Of a stretch of DNA of 31,637 nucleotides, positions 9,138-18,247 are shown piece by piece. The notes under the pieces are model-generated. The model was given only the letters and a program-made list of their open reading frames with translations. It ran no database searches and was not told the DNA's origin. The DNA is from a virus (taxonomy: Duplodnaviria > Caudoviricetes). Position 1 is the stretch's first letter. Each line of letters begins with the position of its first letter. The translations under genes and the position numbers were made by a program. The DNA lies in the IMG/VR virus record IMGVR_UViG_3300037319_000051, positions 1-31,637 of that record, one strand, 5' to 3'.

Positions 9138-10249
9138 TGTTCGCTGTCGTAGTTGTATGCACATACATCGTGCAATCTCTTTATTCTATCTTTAATAAGG
9201 TCTTTTGTTTCATCATCCTTAGACATTCCATCAATATACATATTACATAAATGAAGAATATTGTAGTTCTTATAAAGATCCTCTATTTCTTCCATGTCAT
9301 ACATGTCTTTATCTATAAAGGTATCTTGTTCATATATGTTAGGTTCTATTCTTCTACCTATGTTTTGAATTTGATTAATGAATTTAGATAATGAATTTGA
9401 AGCGGCAACATGCGATGGTATAAAAAGATCTACAAAATTATTTCTAATCTCATCTTTAAATTCACCAAGTGTTACATTATATAGACTTGTGATATATGCT
9501 TTAACAAATTTAGGTGATCTATCATTTTCAAAGAAAGTCTCGCTCATGTCACTTAAATCAATTAGATCAAAACCTTTAACGTTGTTTGCATCAGATCTTG
9601 TTAATTGGTAAGGAACTCCAACCATTCTTAGTTTTCCTTTTGTCTGTCTATAATGAATATGTCCCGACCAAACTCCATCGAATTGATCATATGAATTTGC
9701 TTCGACTCCATGTAAGTTAGTTACCTTTGAATTTAACTTAATTCCTCTAACTTCAGAATGACAAAATACCATATTAGCTTGTGGATATTCTGCAAGAGTT
9801 TCAACCTCATGTTCTGTGTCTCTTCTCCATGGCATTAACAATACATTCTTGTCTGCCCATTTAAACATCTTAGGTTCTTTGTGTATCTGTATATTTGGAA
9901 TCCACTTAAGAGAATCTATCGAAGTAACTTCATTGCTCTTTTTTGCCCAGATATCATGATTTCCGCAAATAATATGTGTTGGTATAATTTCACCTAACCT
10001 TTCGAACAAATCAACTGCATAATTTAATACTTTTAAATTTATACTTTGTCTATTGTCGAATGCGTCTCCTACCTGTACTAATATATCTCCAGGTCTTACT
10101 TTTTCTTTAAGGGTTGGTATGAATACATTTTCATAGAAATCTTTTTGGATATCTAACCATTCCATTGAATTAGAACGAACTCCTAAATGCATATCACCTA
10201 AAACCCAAATCCTTTTTACAGGTGTATTTAAGATTTTACTTTCAATCAT
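9134..10249 (-). CDS. gp47: Recombination nuclease, gp47/SbcD/Mre11-like
   Basis: Metallophosphoesterase motifs GDMHLG, GDAFD, GNHD, GHIH. Confidence 0.95.
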   Translation of the reverse strand: MIESKILNTPVKRIWVLGDMHLGVRSNSMEWLDIQKDFYENVFIPTLKEKVRPGDILVQVGDAFDNRQSINLKVLNYAVDLFERLGEIIPTHIICGNHDIWAKKSNEVTSIDSLKWIPNIQIHKEPKMFKWADKNVLLMPWRRDTEHEVETLAEYPQANMVFCHSEVRGIKLNSKVTNLHGVEANSYDQFDGVWSGHIHYRQTKGKLRMVGVPYQLTRSDANNVKGFDLIDLSDMSETFFENDRSPKFVKAYITSLYNVTLGEFKDEIRNNFVDLFIPSHVAASNSLSKFINQIQNIGRRIEPNIYEQDTFIDKDMYDMEEIEDLYKNYNILHLCNMYIDGMSKDDETKDLIKDRIKRLHDVCAYNYDSEQ

Positions 10250-10250
10250 A

Positions 10251-10727
10251 TTAAAACAATCTATTAATATTTTTCTTTTGTAGTATATTTGTTCTTGCGT
10301 CTAATTCTTCGATTAGCTCTTCTTTGAATTTATTACCAAGAGACTGGTAAAACCTTGTAGGATTTACGTTAAAGTAATCACACATTTCTGAAAAGATATC
10401 TACTAAAGAATGTGTTTCTTTTGTTTCTTCAGATATAAATTCATAAACCTCATTAATATCTATTTTGTTTAATTTAACAGTCTGATGGAACTCATCTATT
10501 TTGTTAAATTTCTTAAATCTAGAATTGACTATTAATGTATGAATCTCATCAGCTATTAAAGTAGCTTCTATTTTGTCTTCTTCAGATCTATTATCAACAA
10601 CTCTTGGAGATAATGCAAATGACATTGAAGTATCAAATTCGTATTCTGTTTCTTCAAACGTATTATCAAATATCTTATCTCTCTTGGTTCTTCCTTGAGG
10701 TTCTTTCTTTGTTTCTTTTTCTGACAT
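10251..10727 (-). CDS. Hypothetical protein, possibly a gp33-like late-transcription coactivator
   Basis: C-terminal SLVDIFSEMCDYFNVNP..SLGNKFKEELIEEL..NIL follows the gp33 helical pattern and ends in ..RLF. The ORF is solid; the function is tentative. Confidence 0.45.
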   Translation of the reverse strand: MSEKETKKEPQGRTKRDKIFDNTFEETEYEFDTSMSFALSPRVVDNRSEEDKIEATLIADEIHTLIVNSRFKKFNKIDEFHQTVKLNKIDINEVYEFISEETKETHSLVDIFSEMCDYFNVNPTRFYQSLGNKFKEELIEELDARTNILQKKNINRLF

Positions 10728-12040
10728 TATAAACTGTGTATATTTGAATTAGTAGTTTCATCGGTTTCAGTAAGTCTCATGTAGTTGTAGTTAATTTCTA
10801 ACTTACACTTAGTTCCTTTACCTTCACCGTCCCTGATCTTCAGGATTTTTAACCAATATTCATAACTAGATCTCATTAAGTCGTCTTGTATAATACCTAA
10901 CATCATATCAGCTGTGTGTGATAGACCTGCAGATTCTGCAACGTCTCCCATTCCAATATCACTTGAGTTGTAGTTATTTCTATTAATCTGAGTTGCTGTT
11001 ACGATTAACCAACCGTTACGAGTTCCCATTGCTCTTAAATCTTCAGCGATTTGCTTGATCTTTAAGTATGTGTTTTCAGAGTTTGGATTTCTAAAGTTTG
11101 CAAGAATGTTAATATAGTCAATTACAATTGCACCTAGTTTAATCCTTCTTTCTTCTTCAATTTCTTTTAAATAAGCTTCAATATCCGGTACTGTTGCTTG
11201 TGATGTTGGAAACTGTTTAATAAATAATTGACCAGGAGGTGTTAAGCCATCTCCTACATTCTCAATCTTTCTTTTTATTAGATCACGATTCTTTGCTTTT
11301 TCATCGTAGTCGTTCATCGTAATACTTAGTAAATTGGCTCCTATTCTTTTTAAAACTTTAGGGGCTGACATTTCCGCCGAGATGAATGTTGTATTAACTC
11401 CCATCTTTACAAAATTAGCAGCATCATTTGCTAAAAATATAGATTTACCAATGTTTTGTTCTCCTACATAAACTACTAAAGAACCATCTTTGTCATAACC
11501 TCCGTTTAAAACTCTATCTAAAAAGTTATAACCAGAACTTACTTTAACACGATCTTCGCTATAGTGATCGTCTGCATTAAAGAAATCTAATCCAATATCT
11601 GAATTAAATGTAATTGCGTTTCTTTCGTTTATTAAAGTCTTTACTTTAGATACAATACTATCTACATTCTCAGGAGATACGTCAGTTGTTTTAACATACT
11701 CAATCGTATCCATTAAAGTACCTTCGAAGTTTCTCCATTTAATCCAAGACTCCATGGTTTGCGTTAACCATTCATCATCGTATTGTAATAAATCTACTCT
11801 ATATAATAACTCGACGATGTTCTCATCAATTTTACCTTTAACTTTAGGTGATTTTGTAAGAACAACCATTTGATCTACCGAAGGAGTTTCATGGAATTTA
11901 GCATGAAACTTAGATGCTAATGTATGTAACATTGCAATATCATCAGATGTATAAAATGATCTATCTATTGTTTCAAAGTACTTGGGCTTAGCAAGTGATA
12001 ATCTAAAAAAGATCTTTTCAAAGTCTGCTCCGAATTTCAT
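10727..12040 (-). CDS. gp41: Replicative DnaB-like helicase (T4 gp41-like)
   Basis: GEQNIGKS, SAEMS, IVIDYINI, TATQINR, AESAGL motifs. Confidence 0.95.
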   Translation of the reverse strand: MKFGADFEKIFFRLSLAKPKYFETIDRSFYTSDDIAMLHTLASKFHAKFHETPSVDQMVVLTKSPKVKGKIDENIVELLYRVDLLQYDDEWLTQTMESWIKWRNFEGTLMDTIEYVKTTDVSPENVDSIVSKVKTLINERNAITFNSDIGLDFFNADDHYSEDRVKVSSGYNFLDRVLNGGYDKDGSLVVYVGEQNIGKSIFLANDAANFVKMGVNTTFISAEMSAPKVLKRIGANLLSITMNDYDEKAKNRDLIKRKIENVGDGLTPPGQLFIKQFPTSQATVPDIEAYLKEIEEERRIKLGAIVIDYINILANFRNPNSENTYLKIKQIAEDLRAMGTRNGWLIVTATQINRNNYNSSDIGMGDVAESAGLSHTADMMLGIIQDDLMRSSYEYWLKILKIRDGEGKGTKCKLEINYNYMRLTETDETTNSNIHSL

Positions 12041-12063
12041 ATTTGTTTTGTTTTATATACAGT

Positions 12064-12091
12064 TTATATCCTTAAATGTCGTTTAGTTTCA
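12064..12091 (-). promoter_or_regulatory. Putative promoter TGAAAC-N17-TATAA (helicase operon)
   Basis: Exact 17-nt spacer; intergenic. Confidence 0.7.
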
Positions 12092-12094
12092 GCG

Positions 12095-12664
12095 TTATTC
12101 TAGTATAATATGACCTTCTCCTACTGACCAAGGCTCTGTTGCCCATATATTAATTGCGATAGCTCCTCTAGTTCCAGCAGTTACTTCGGACACTCCATGT
12201 ACTACCTCTCCTGGGTTAAATATAACTAATCGGTTTGGTCTAGTTTTAATTACCTCAGGTGTGTTTTCTTCTCCGTCTGTAAAGATTTGAAGATCTCCTC
12301 CTTCAAATTCAAAACCTGGAGGATAGTAAACACATCCTAATATTGGAAACATTCTTTGACCTTTTTCTGTTCTTAGACCTACATCATCATCGATGTGTAA
12401 CTCTAAATAGTTTCTTCTACCTTCAATTTCAGCGGATTGTAATCCAGTCCAATGTTCAAATCCATCTACTTCTCCACCTATCTTTATTGGTAAATGATCT
12501 CCCCAGATATATTTAATTAATTTTTGTTTTACATTACTAGGTTCAGAACTCCACCATCCTTTATAATACTTATATTCTCCTGTTGGCATATAAAAGTTAG
12601 GATCGTTATCTATTTCTTTAAGTAGTTTTTCATCTTGTATGAAATCGTCAAATACTGCTATCAT
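12095..12664 (-). CDS. 2OG-Fe(II) oxygenase (prolyl-hydroxylase-like)
   Basis: HxD (LHIDD), GGDL, NRLVIF, distal His (VHGV) and 2OG-binding Arg (TRGAI). Confidence 0.85.
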   Translation of the reverse strand: MIAVFDDFIQDEKLLKEIDNDPNFYMPTGEYKYYKGWWSSEPSNVKQKLIKYIWGDHLPIKIGGEVDGFEHWTGLQSAEIEGRRNYLELHIDDDVGLRTEKGQRMFPILGCVYYPPGFEFEGGDLQIFTDGEENTPEVIKTRPNRLVIFNPGEVVHGVSEVTAGTRGAIAINIWATEPWSVGEGHIILE

Positions 12665-12972
12665 ATGTATGGGTTTATTTTTATTTCGTAAGTTTCTTTA
12701 CCTTCATCAAATTTAATTTGTTCTAGTAAACCTAATTGCATCGCTCTTTTTAAACCTTCTTCTGCATTCTCATGATTACCTTTTGAATGGTATCTCATTA
12801 AAGCATGCTTCGTGAATGTTTCCTTCTGCCTATCAGGGCGCCGTACCGCTTCGTTGATAAATATGTATAATATATCGTAAGCATCAGGAAAAGCTTCTAA
12901 CTGATCCTGTATGCCTAGAATATATTTTATTGGTAGTTTATCATCTACGATATTATGTACGTCTACTTTCAT
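12661..12972 (-). CDS. Hypothetical protein, possible winged helix
   Basis: 103 aa, translationally coupled to both neighbours; C-terminal helix plus beta-hairpin pattern (GLKRAMQLGLLEQ..TYEI). Confidence 0.6.
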   Translation of the reverse strand: MKVDVHNIVDDKLPIKYILGIQDQLEAFPDAYDILYIFINEAVRRPDRQKETFTKHALMRYHSKGNHENAEEGLKRAMQLGLLEQIKFDEGKETYEIKINPYI

Positions 12973-14087
12973 TAATCTTCGCTATCTTCGCTATCTTCTA
13001 ACATACCTTCGATATCCATCGTTGATGAGTCAGAATTGTAGTTAAATATTGGTTTGATATGCTCTTCTATTTTTTCTAAAACTTCTTTAGTAAAAACCTT
13101 TTCAGTAAAGAATTCTTTATTAGGTACAGTATGGTCTAAGTGATCGCATATCCAACCCCTTGCAGTCGCTTTAGGAATTTTAACTCCTTTTTCGATAGTT
13201 CCTTTTGTAATTCCACAAATCTCCCAAGTTGCATAATTTTCTAATCCAACATAAGGGTTCATACCTTCACTAAAGTTTAGGTGAAACTTAATTGGAGTTG
13301 GTTTTGCAAATCTGTTTTTAGTTGGTTTTGCCGTAACAATAATACCTACTTTATCAGCACCGTCTTTTAACTGAGCCTTTCCTAACATTAATACAATTGA
13401 CGCAGCATACTCAGGACCTGTTCCTCCACCTGCAATTTGCATTGGAATAAAAGATTGTGATTGATACGTGTGATTTGTAAAAATGAATGGAATCTTAAGG
13501 TCTGCTAAAGGTGTCATTATAATTCTAAAGATTGACTTAAGAATTTTAGAACGAGTCATATCTGATTTTTCAGAACCAGACGCAGCATCATCAATTTCTT
13601 TTCTTGTTGCTAAGTTACCAGCAGAATCTAAAATAATCATAACTTTAGGAAGTTTTCCTCCGTTATGCTTAATCTCTTGCATCTTTTGAGTAATAGTAGT
13701 AATAGAAGTTCTAAAATCTTGAACAGTATTCATTGGTTGATAATTTACCTTTGTAGTATCAATACCAAATTTAACCATTTGTTCTTTATCAACAGCTGCT
13801 TCAGAATCATAATAAATTACGTTGTAGCCCATGTTGATTGCTTCTCTAACTGAATTTAATGTAAGGAATGTTTTACCAGTACCTGAAGGTCCTGCTACTG
13901 AGCAAGATCTGTTGTTCGGCCATCCACCAAAAAGTGAACCTGAAACTGCAGCGTTTAAATGATAGTTACCTGTATGAATCCATTCAGTAACCTCACTAAA
14001 GCTAGATTGATCCATAACGGATCCTAATGGATTTAAATTAGCTAGCTCTTTATTTAAATCTGTAAATGTAAAATCTTTTTTAGCCAT
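12972..14087 (-). CDS. uvsX: RecA-like recombinase UvsX
   Basis: GPSGTGKT, YYDSEAA, IILDSAGNL, DMTR, TNHTY, GGG, KNRF motifs. Confidence 0.95.
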   Translation of the reverse strand: MAKKDFTFTDLNKELANLNPLGSVMDQSSFSEVTEWIHTGNYHLNAAVSGSLFGGWPNNRSCSVAGPSGTGKTFLTLNSVREAINMGYNVIYYDSEAAVDKEQMVKFGIDTTKVNYQPMNTVQDFRTSITTITQKMQEIKHNGGKLPKVMIILDSAGNLATRKEIDDAASGSEKSDMTRSKILKSIFRIIMTPLADLKIPFIFTNHTYQSQSFIPMQIAGGGTGPEYAASIVLMLGKAQLKDGADKVGIIVTAKPTKNRFAKPTPIKFHLNFSEGMNPYVGLENYATWEICGITKGTIEKGVKIPKATARGWICDHLDHTVPNKEFFTEKVFTKEVLEKIEEHIKPIFNYNSDSSTMDIEGMLEDSEDSED

Positions 14088-14274
14088 TGTCGTCTTCTTT
14101 ATTTTTTGTTCTCATTTTTTCTAAAGTTTGTAAAAGATCTGATGTTTCGTCTTGTATATCAGACATTTGAGATTTTAAAATCTTTAATCTCATAAATACC
14201 TTTTGATAATCCCGAAGTTGTACTTGTTGTTCAGGCGTTAAATCTTCTGTAATTTTCTTAGGATCTATTTCCAT
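14080..14274 (-). CDS. Small coiled-coil hypothetical protein
   Basis: 64-aa ORF overlapping both neighbours in operon fashion. Confidence 0.65.
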   Translation of the reverse strand: MEIDPKKITEDLTPEQQVQLRDYQKVFMRLKILKSQMSDIQDETSDLLQTLEKMRTKNKEDDNG

Positions 14275-14452
14275 ATTTTTCTATATCTTCTAATATTGTT
14301 ACTTGGTTAATATCTTCTTTAATAACTTCTCTGTCTAAATTCTCTAGAGATTCAAATCTATTAATAGTATCTCGTATCTTTTCACCGAGAATCATATTGT
14401 TAGGATTTTCTTTAACTAAATACTTTACTGCTTCATAAAATGTATCATTCAT
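14258..14452 (-). CDS. Small hypothetical protein
   Basis: 64-aa ORF starting 4 nt after the polymerase C-half stop. Confidence 0.65.
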   Translation of the reverse strand: MNDTFYEAVKYLVKENPNNMILGEKIRDTINRFESLENLDREVIKEDINQVTILEDIEKYGNRS

Positions 14453-14456
14453 GTGT

Positions 14457-15656
14457 TTAAAATAAAGAGGTTGAATAAATTAAATTTCGGTTTAACAACT
14501 GCAACGAGCATGCTTTTAAAACTCTATTAAGCGGAAGGATTACACTTTTTTCAAATTGTATTTCATAATCTACTTCAGGAGCTATTTCATAAGGATGTTC
14601 CCCAGGCATGTATGCGAACATATCTGATGTTAATGTCTTACAGTGGTATAGTTTTAACTTTTCTCCGTTACCAATCATCTTATACTTATTCTTGTATTTA
14701 GGATTAGTATTCATTAAAAAGTTATAAAAACCTGCTGCCTTTACGTTAGGAGGACATTTAAGTCCAATTTGAAATTCAATAGTATCATCAACAATATATT
14801 TTTCAATGTTGTTAGTTCTTTTATTGAATGCAATCTGGTCTATATCTGCTAATCTAAATTCTTTCTTACATTTTTTTAGATAGTCAACTAGTTTCTTTAA
14901 AAGATCTGCTGTTGGTTTTTCTGAAAGTATAAGTTGAAGTGCCTCTGTTAAATGCTTACGTGCTAGCGTAGGAGTTGAACTTTGTATTGTATCAAATCCG
15001 ATAGTTTTAATCTTCTTAAGAGATGGGTATCTATCATTGGTATCTAATTTATCCTCCCATGCAATGTTTTGCAAGTATTTTTTCTTAGCTAACCAGATTC
15101 CGGAGTATGCTATTGTTTCCATATCAAAATATAAGAAGTTTTCCGTATTGGTTACTTCTGCGTATTTCTGCATACATTTAGTTATATAGTCTTTAATTCT
15201 AAAGTTATATAATTCCATAATGAATTTATCTATAGTCATGCTCTCTCCGAGCCATTCAATAGATTCGTACATTTCCTCGAACTGAACGTAACATGAATCT
15301 GTATCAATATAGACAACTGATGGTCTAACTAATCTACCTGTCACTTTAAGATTAAAGTGAGAATGTACAGAAGTGTCTTTAGGCCAGAATTCTTGAAAAT
15401 ACTTATTTAGTATCTTTTCAGAGTATAGGATAGCAGATTGACCTTGTAAGGTAATTGACTCTGCGATCTCTATATCAAAGAAGTGAAACCATTTATTTCC
15501 AAATGCACCATAAATAGAGTTTAACGTTACTTTTACCGCTTGTTCATATGCCGTAAATTTAGCTGACATTTGTTCGTAGTGGGCAATTAAAACTTTTGTT
15601 TCTTCAACGCTAAGCTCTGATTCTGGTTTTTCTATTAGTTGTGCTATTTCAATCAT
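14457..15656 (-). CDS. gp43: Family-B DNA polymerase, C-terminal subunit (second finger helix, palm, thumb; gp43B-like)
   Basis: Motif B KVTLNSIYG, ITLQGQ, motif C YIDTDS, KKKY; C-terminal ..TSLF. Confidence 0.93.
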   Translation of the reverse strand: MIEIAQLIEKPESELSVEETKVLIAHYEQMSAKFTAYEQAVKVTLNSIYGAFGNKWFHFFDIEIAESITLQGQSAILYSEKILNKYFQEFWPKDTSVHSHFNLKVTGRLVRPSVVYIDTDSCYVQFEEMYESIEWLGESMTIDKFIMELYNFRIKDYITKCMQKYAEVTNTENFLYFDMETIAYSGIWLAKKKYLQNIAWEDKLDTNDRYPSLKKIKTIGFDTIQSSTPTLARKHLTEALQLILSEKPTADLLKKLVDYLKKCKKEFRLADIDQIAFNKRTNNIEKYIVDDTIEFQIGLKCPPNVKAAGFYNFLMNTNPKYKNKYKMIGNGEKLKLYHCKTLTSDMFAYMPGEHPYEIAPEVDYEIQFEKSVILPLNRVLKACSLQLLNRNLIYSTSLF

Positions 15657-16412
15657 TTACGATCCGGTGTTACAAGTTGCTATAGTTAATAATGTCTCTG
15701 AATCGTTTGATTTCATAACAACACGATTATCTAATACATTAGCTGTATAATCTTCTTTGTCTAATAAGTTTAAGTATTTTTTGAACAAGGTAACTTTTTT
15801 ACCTGCAGTTCCTTCATAATCAGGAGTAACTAACATATTGTAAGTATTACCTGTTAGTTTTACGCCTTTTCCGTTTGCTTCGATAGAGAATGTTTCTTCT
15901 TTATCTAATCCGAATAAGTTTTTTACTTTTGTTAAAGTTCCGTAATCCATTTCGAATTTAAAACTTGCATCATCTACATTAAATATAGTTGAGATTTGAG
16001 AATCAGTAAGATCTTTATATCCTAATGAAGGTTCAGAACAAGACAATTTAATTTCTAATTCGTCATTAAAGATACGAAAGCTTGTTGCTACGAAATCTTC
16101 TTCGTTTTCTAAGAATTCAATTTCACCTTGGATTGAGTCATACTCAAACTGCTTAAACGCATCTGTTAATTTTTGTGCATCAAAGAAAGCTACTTTTAAT
16201 TCTTTGGTTGTTGTAATCGAACCTTCTTCAATTTGAAAAACTTGTCCAACTGGAAGTCTATGATGCTTTACTGCATCTCTCTGTGGTAAATACGCCGAAG
16301 CTTGTATAGTACCGCCTTTAATTTTAAAATAAACGAATGAATCGATTACCTTCAACCTGTTGATGAAGTTAATGAAATTAGTCTGATCTACTTTTTTAAT
16401 CGTAATTTTCAT
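15657..16412 (-). CDS. Sliding clamp (gp45/PCNA-like)
   Basis: 251 aa with an alternating beta-alpha-beta pattern and clamp-typical size; abuts the polymerase gene. Inferred from pattern and context. Confidence 0.65.
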   Translation of the reverse strand: MKITIKKVDQTNFINFINRLKVIDSFVYFKIKGGTIQASAYLPQRDAVKHHRLPVGQVFQIEEGSITTTKELKVAFFDAQKLTDAFKQFEYDSIQGEIEFLENEEDFVATSFRIFNDELEIKLSCSEPSLGYKDLTDSQISTIFNVDDASFKFEMDYGTLTKVKNLFGLDKEETFSIEANGKGVKLTGNTYNMLVTPDYEGTAGKKVTLFKKYLNLLDKEDYTANVLDNRVVMKSNDSETLLTIATCNTGS

Positions 16413-16451
16413 GTTTCTTTGGATTTATAATACAATGTTTTATTTATAGGT

Positions 16452-16480
16452 ATTATAACAAGAAATTACATAAAGTTTCA
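16452..16480 (-). promoter_or_regulatory. Putative promoter TGAAAC-N17-TATAAT (clamp, PolC, UvsX operon)
   Basis: Exact 17-nt spacer and perfect TATAAT. Confidence 0.75.
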
Positions 16481-16506
16481 TAAAAACTGATATCTATTAA
16501 AACAGT

Positions 16507-16586
16507 GATGCCAGAGAGTAGCGAACCCCTGGCATCTTTTCCGAAAACTAGTTTCGGTCCTAAGAGTGGTATTCAAACCACCGGAT
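16507..16586 (-). ncRNA. Candidate structured RNA with three consecutive hairpins; the last may double as a terminator
   Basis: GC-rich island in an AT-rich intergenic region. Minus strand: GGUGGU-UUGAAU-ACCACU, linker CUUAGGA, CCGAAA-CUAGU-UUUCGG, AAAA, GAUGCCAGGGG-UUCGCUAC-UCUCUGGCAUC. G-U pairs form only on the minus strand. Confidence 0.55.
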
Positions 16587-16598
16587 GTTTATTTAATA

Positions 16599-18224
16599 TT
16601 ACCCTTCACAAGATGAACATGAATTTATGTCTCTAGCAAAAGATTGCGCTGAACTTTGACTAAATTGATAGTACAGAGTTTTTACGCCTTCTTCATGGGC
16701 ATATAAATATAATGTATTAATATCTTTTGCAGGAACACTAGGATGTATCATAATATTCAATGACTGTGATTGATCTATGAATTGCTGTCTTTGTGCTGCT
16801 TGTAATATTATTTCTTTTGGAGATATCTCAACAAATGATTTAAAAACTCCTTTAGTTGGAAAATCTAAATGCTGAACACTTCCGTCTCTTTGCAATATCC
16901 CTTCCCATGTTTTTGGTGTATTTAAATCATACTTGATTAACTCCTCTGTAAGAAATGGATTTTTATATACTGTTTTTGATTTAGCTAAATCCTTAATAAA
17001 GTAATTAGATTTGATCGGCTCAATTCCCATTGAAACTTGACCTAATATAAAAGAACTTGATTTAGTAGGAGCTACCGCCATCAACGTTGTATTTGCAAAA
17101 CCAGGTCTGATTGATCTATATCCTTTTTCATCATGTAACCACTTAGACGCTTCATCACTTCTTTCCTTTAGTGTTGAAAATATTTCATAATTGAGTGCCT
17201 TTGATTCTAAAGAATCGAATTCAATTAATTTAGATTGAAATAACGAATGGTATCCTAGAACTCCTACACCTAATGCTCTGTGTTGTTCAGCAAATCTATG
17301 TGCTCTTGCCATTCCTGGAAGATTTGTAGATTTCTTAACAAATTCATCCATTACTGCGTTTAAGAAAAGTGTATACGTTTCTATTGCATCAGTATCTTTA
17401 ATTTCATCCCAGTGTAATAGATTAATAGATCCTAAACAACATACAAAAGAATTAAAAGAATCTGTTGGTAATTGTATTTCACTACATAAGTTTGAAGCTG
17501 TTATTTCTAATCCTAATTCTTTATAAGGAGAATTATTGTTAGAATTATCTTTAAACATTATATATGGAAATCCAAATTCATTACGCTTTTGAATAATTTT
17601 AGCCCATATTTTACGCTTAGCAGTATCTCCGTCTTTCATTTCTTGAATCCAAGAATCACTTACTGTAACTCCGAATTGTAAATTTTGAATAGGATTACCT
17701 TCACTACCGATATCTAGAAATTCTAAAATATCATCGTGTTCTACTGGTAACCATGCGGCACATGCTCCTCTTCTTGCTTCAGATTGTTTACATACATCAA
17801 CTGTAGTATCATACATCCTGGCATAGTGTACTGGTCCATCTGCAGTTCCTCCTGTTGAAATTGAAGTTCCTCTTGATCTAATGTTTCCTAAGTATACTGA
17901 AGTTCCTCCACCATACTTAGACATCATTCCAATTTCTCTACTACCATTTAAAATACTATCTAGAGTATCATCTACGTTAGATCCATAACAACTAACTGGT
18001 AATCCTTTATCCTTTCCAAAGTTTATCCAAACTGGCGTTGATAAACTATAAAAACCTCTAGTCATATAGTCTTCAAACTTCTTAGCAAAACCGTCAATTT
18101 TTAAATATCTCTCTGCTGTGTTTGCTACATCTTTAATTCTTTGTTCTGGTGTTTCATCAATATAGCCTCTTGAAAGAAACTGTCTACTGTCTTCATTAAG
18201 CCAGTAATTCTTATCGTATATCAT
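16599..18224 (-). CDS. nrdA: Class I ribonucleotide reductase alpha subunit, no ATP cone
   Basis: PVSC, GGGTS, SNLCSEI, APTKSSS, KTLYY and C-terminal CSSC; 541 aa. Confidence 0.95.
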   Translation of the reverse strand: MIYDKNYWLNEDSRQFLSRGYIDETPEQRIKDVANTAERYLKIDGFAKKFEDYMTRGFYSLSTPVWINFGKDKGLPVSCYGSNVDDTLDSILNGSREIGMMSKYGGGTSVYLGNIRSRGTSISTGGTADGPVHYARMYDTTVDVCKQSEARRGACAAWLPVEHDDILEFLDIGSEGNPIQNLQFGVTVSDSWIQEMKDGDTAKRKIWAKIIQKRNEFGFPYIMFKDNSNNNSPYKELGLEITASNLCSEIQLPTDSFNSFVCCLGSINLLHWDEIKDTDAIETYTLFLNAVMDEFVKKSTNLPGMARAHRFAEQHRALGVGVLGYHSLFQSKLIEFDSLESKALNYEIFSTLKERSDEASKWLHDEKGYRSIRPGFANTTLMAVAPTKSSSFILGQVSMGIEPIKSNYFIKDLAKSKTVYKNPFLTEELIKYDLNTPKTWEGILQRDGSVQHLDFPTKGVFKSFVEISPKEIILQAAQRQQFIDQSQSLNIMIHPSVPAKDINTLYLYAHEEGVKTLYYQFSQSSAQSFARDINSCSSCEG

Positions 18225-18247
18225 ATAATGTATTAATTTGGTTTGTT

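Noticed and set aside
16507-16586. tRNA or known self-cleaving ribozyme
   Set aside because: There is no acceptor stem or cloverleaf, and I recognise no hammerhead, pistol or HDV core. Kept only as an unassigned structured element.
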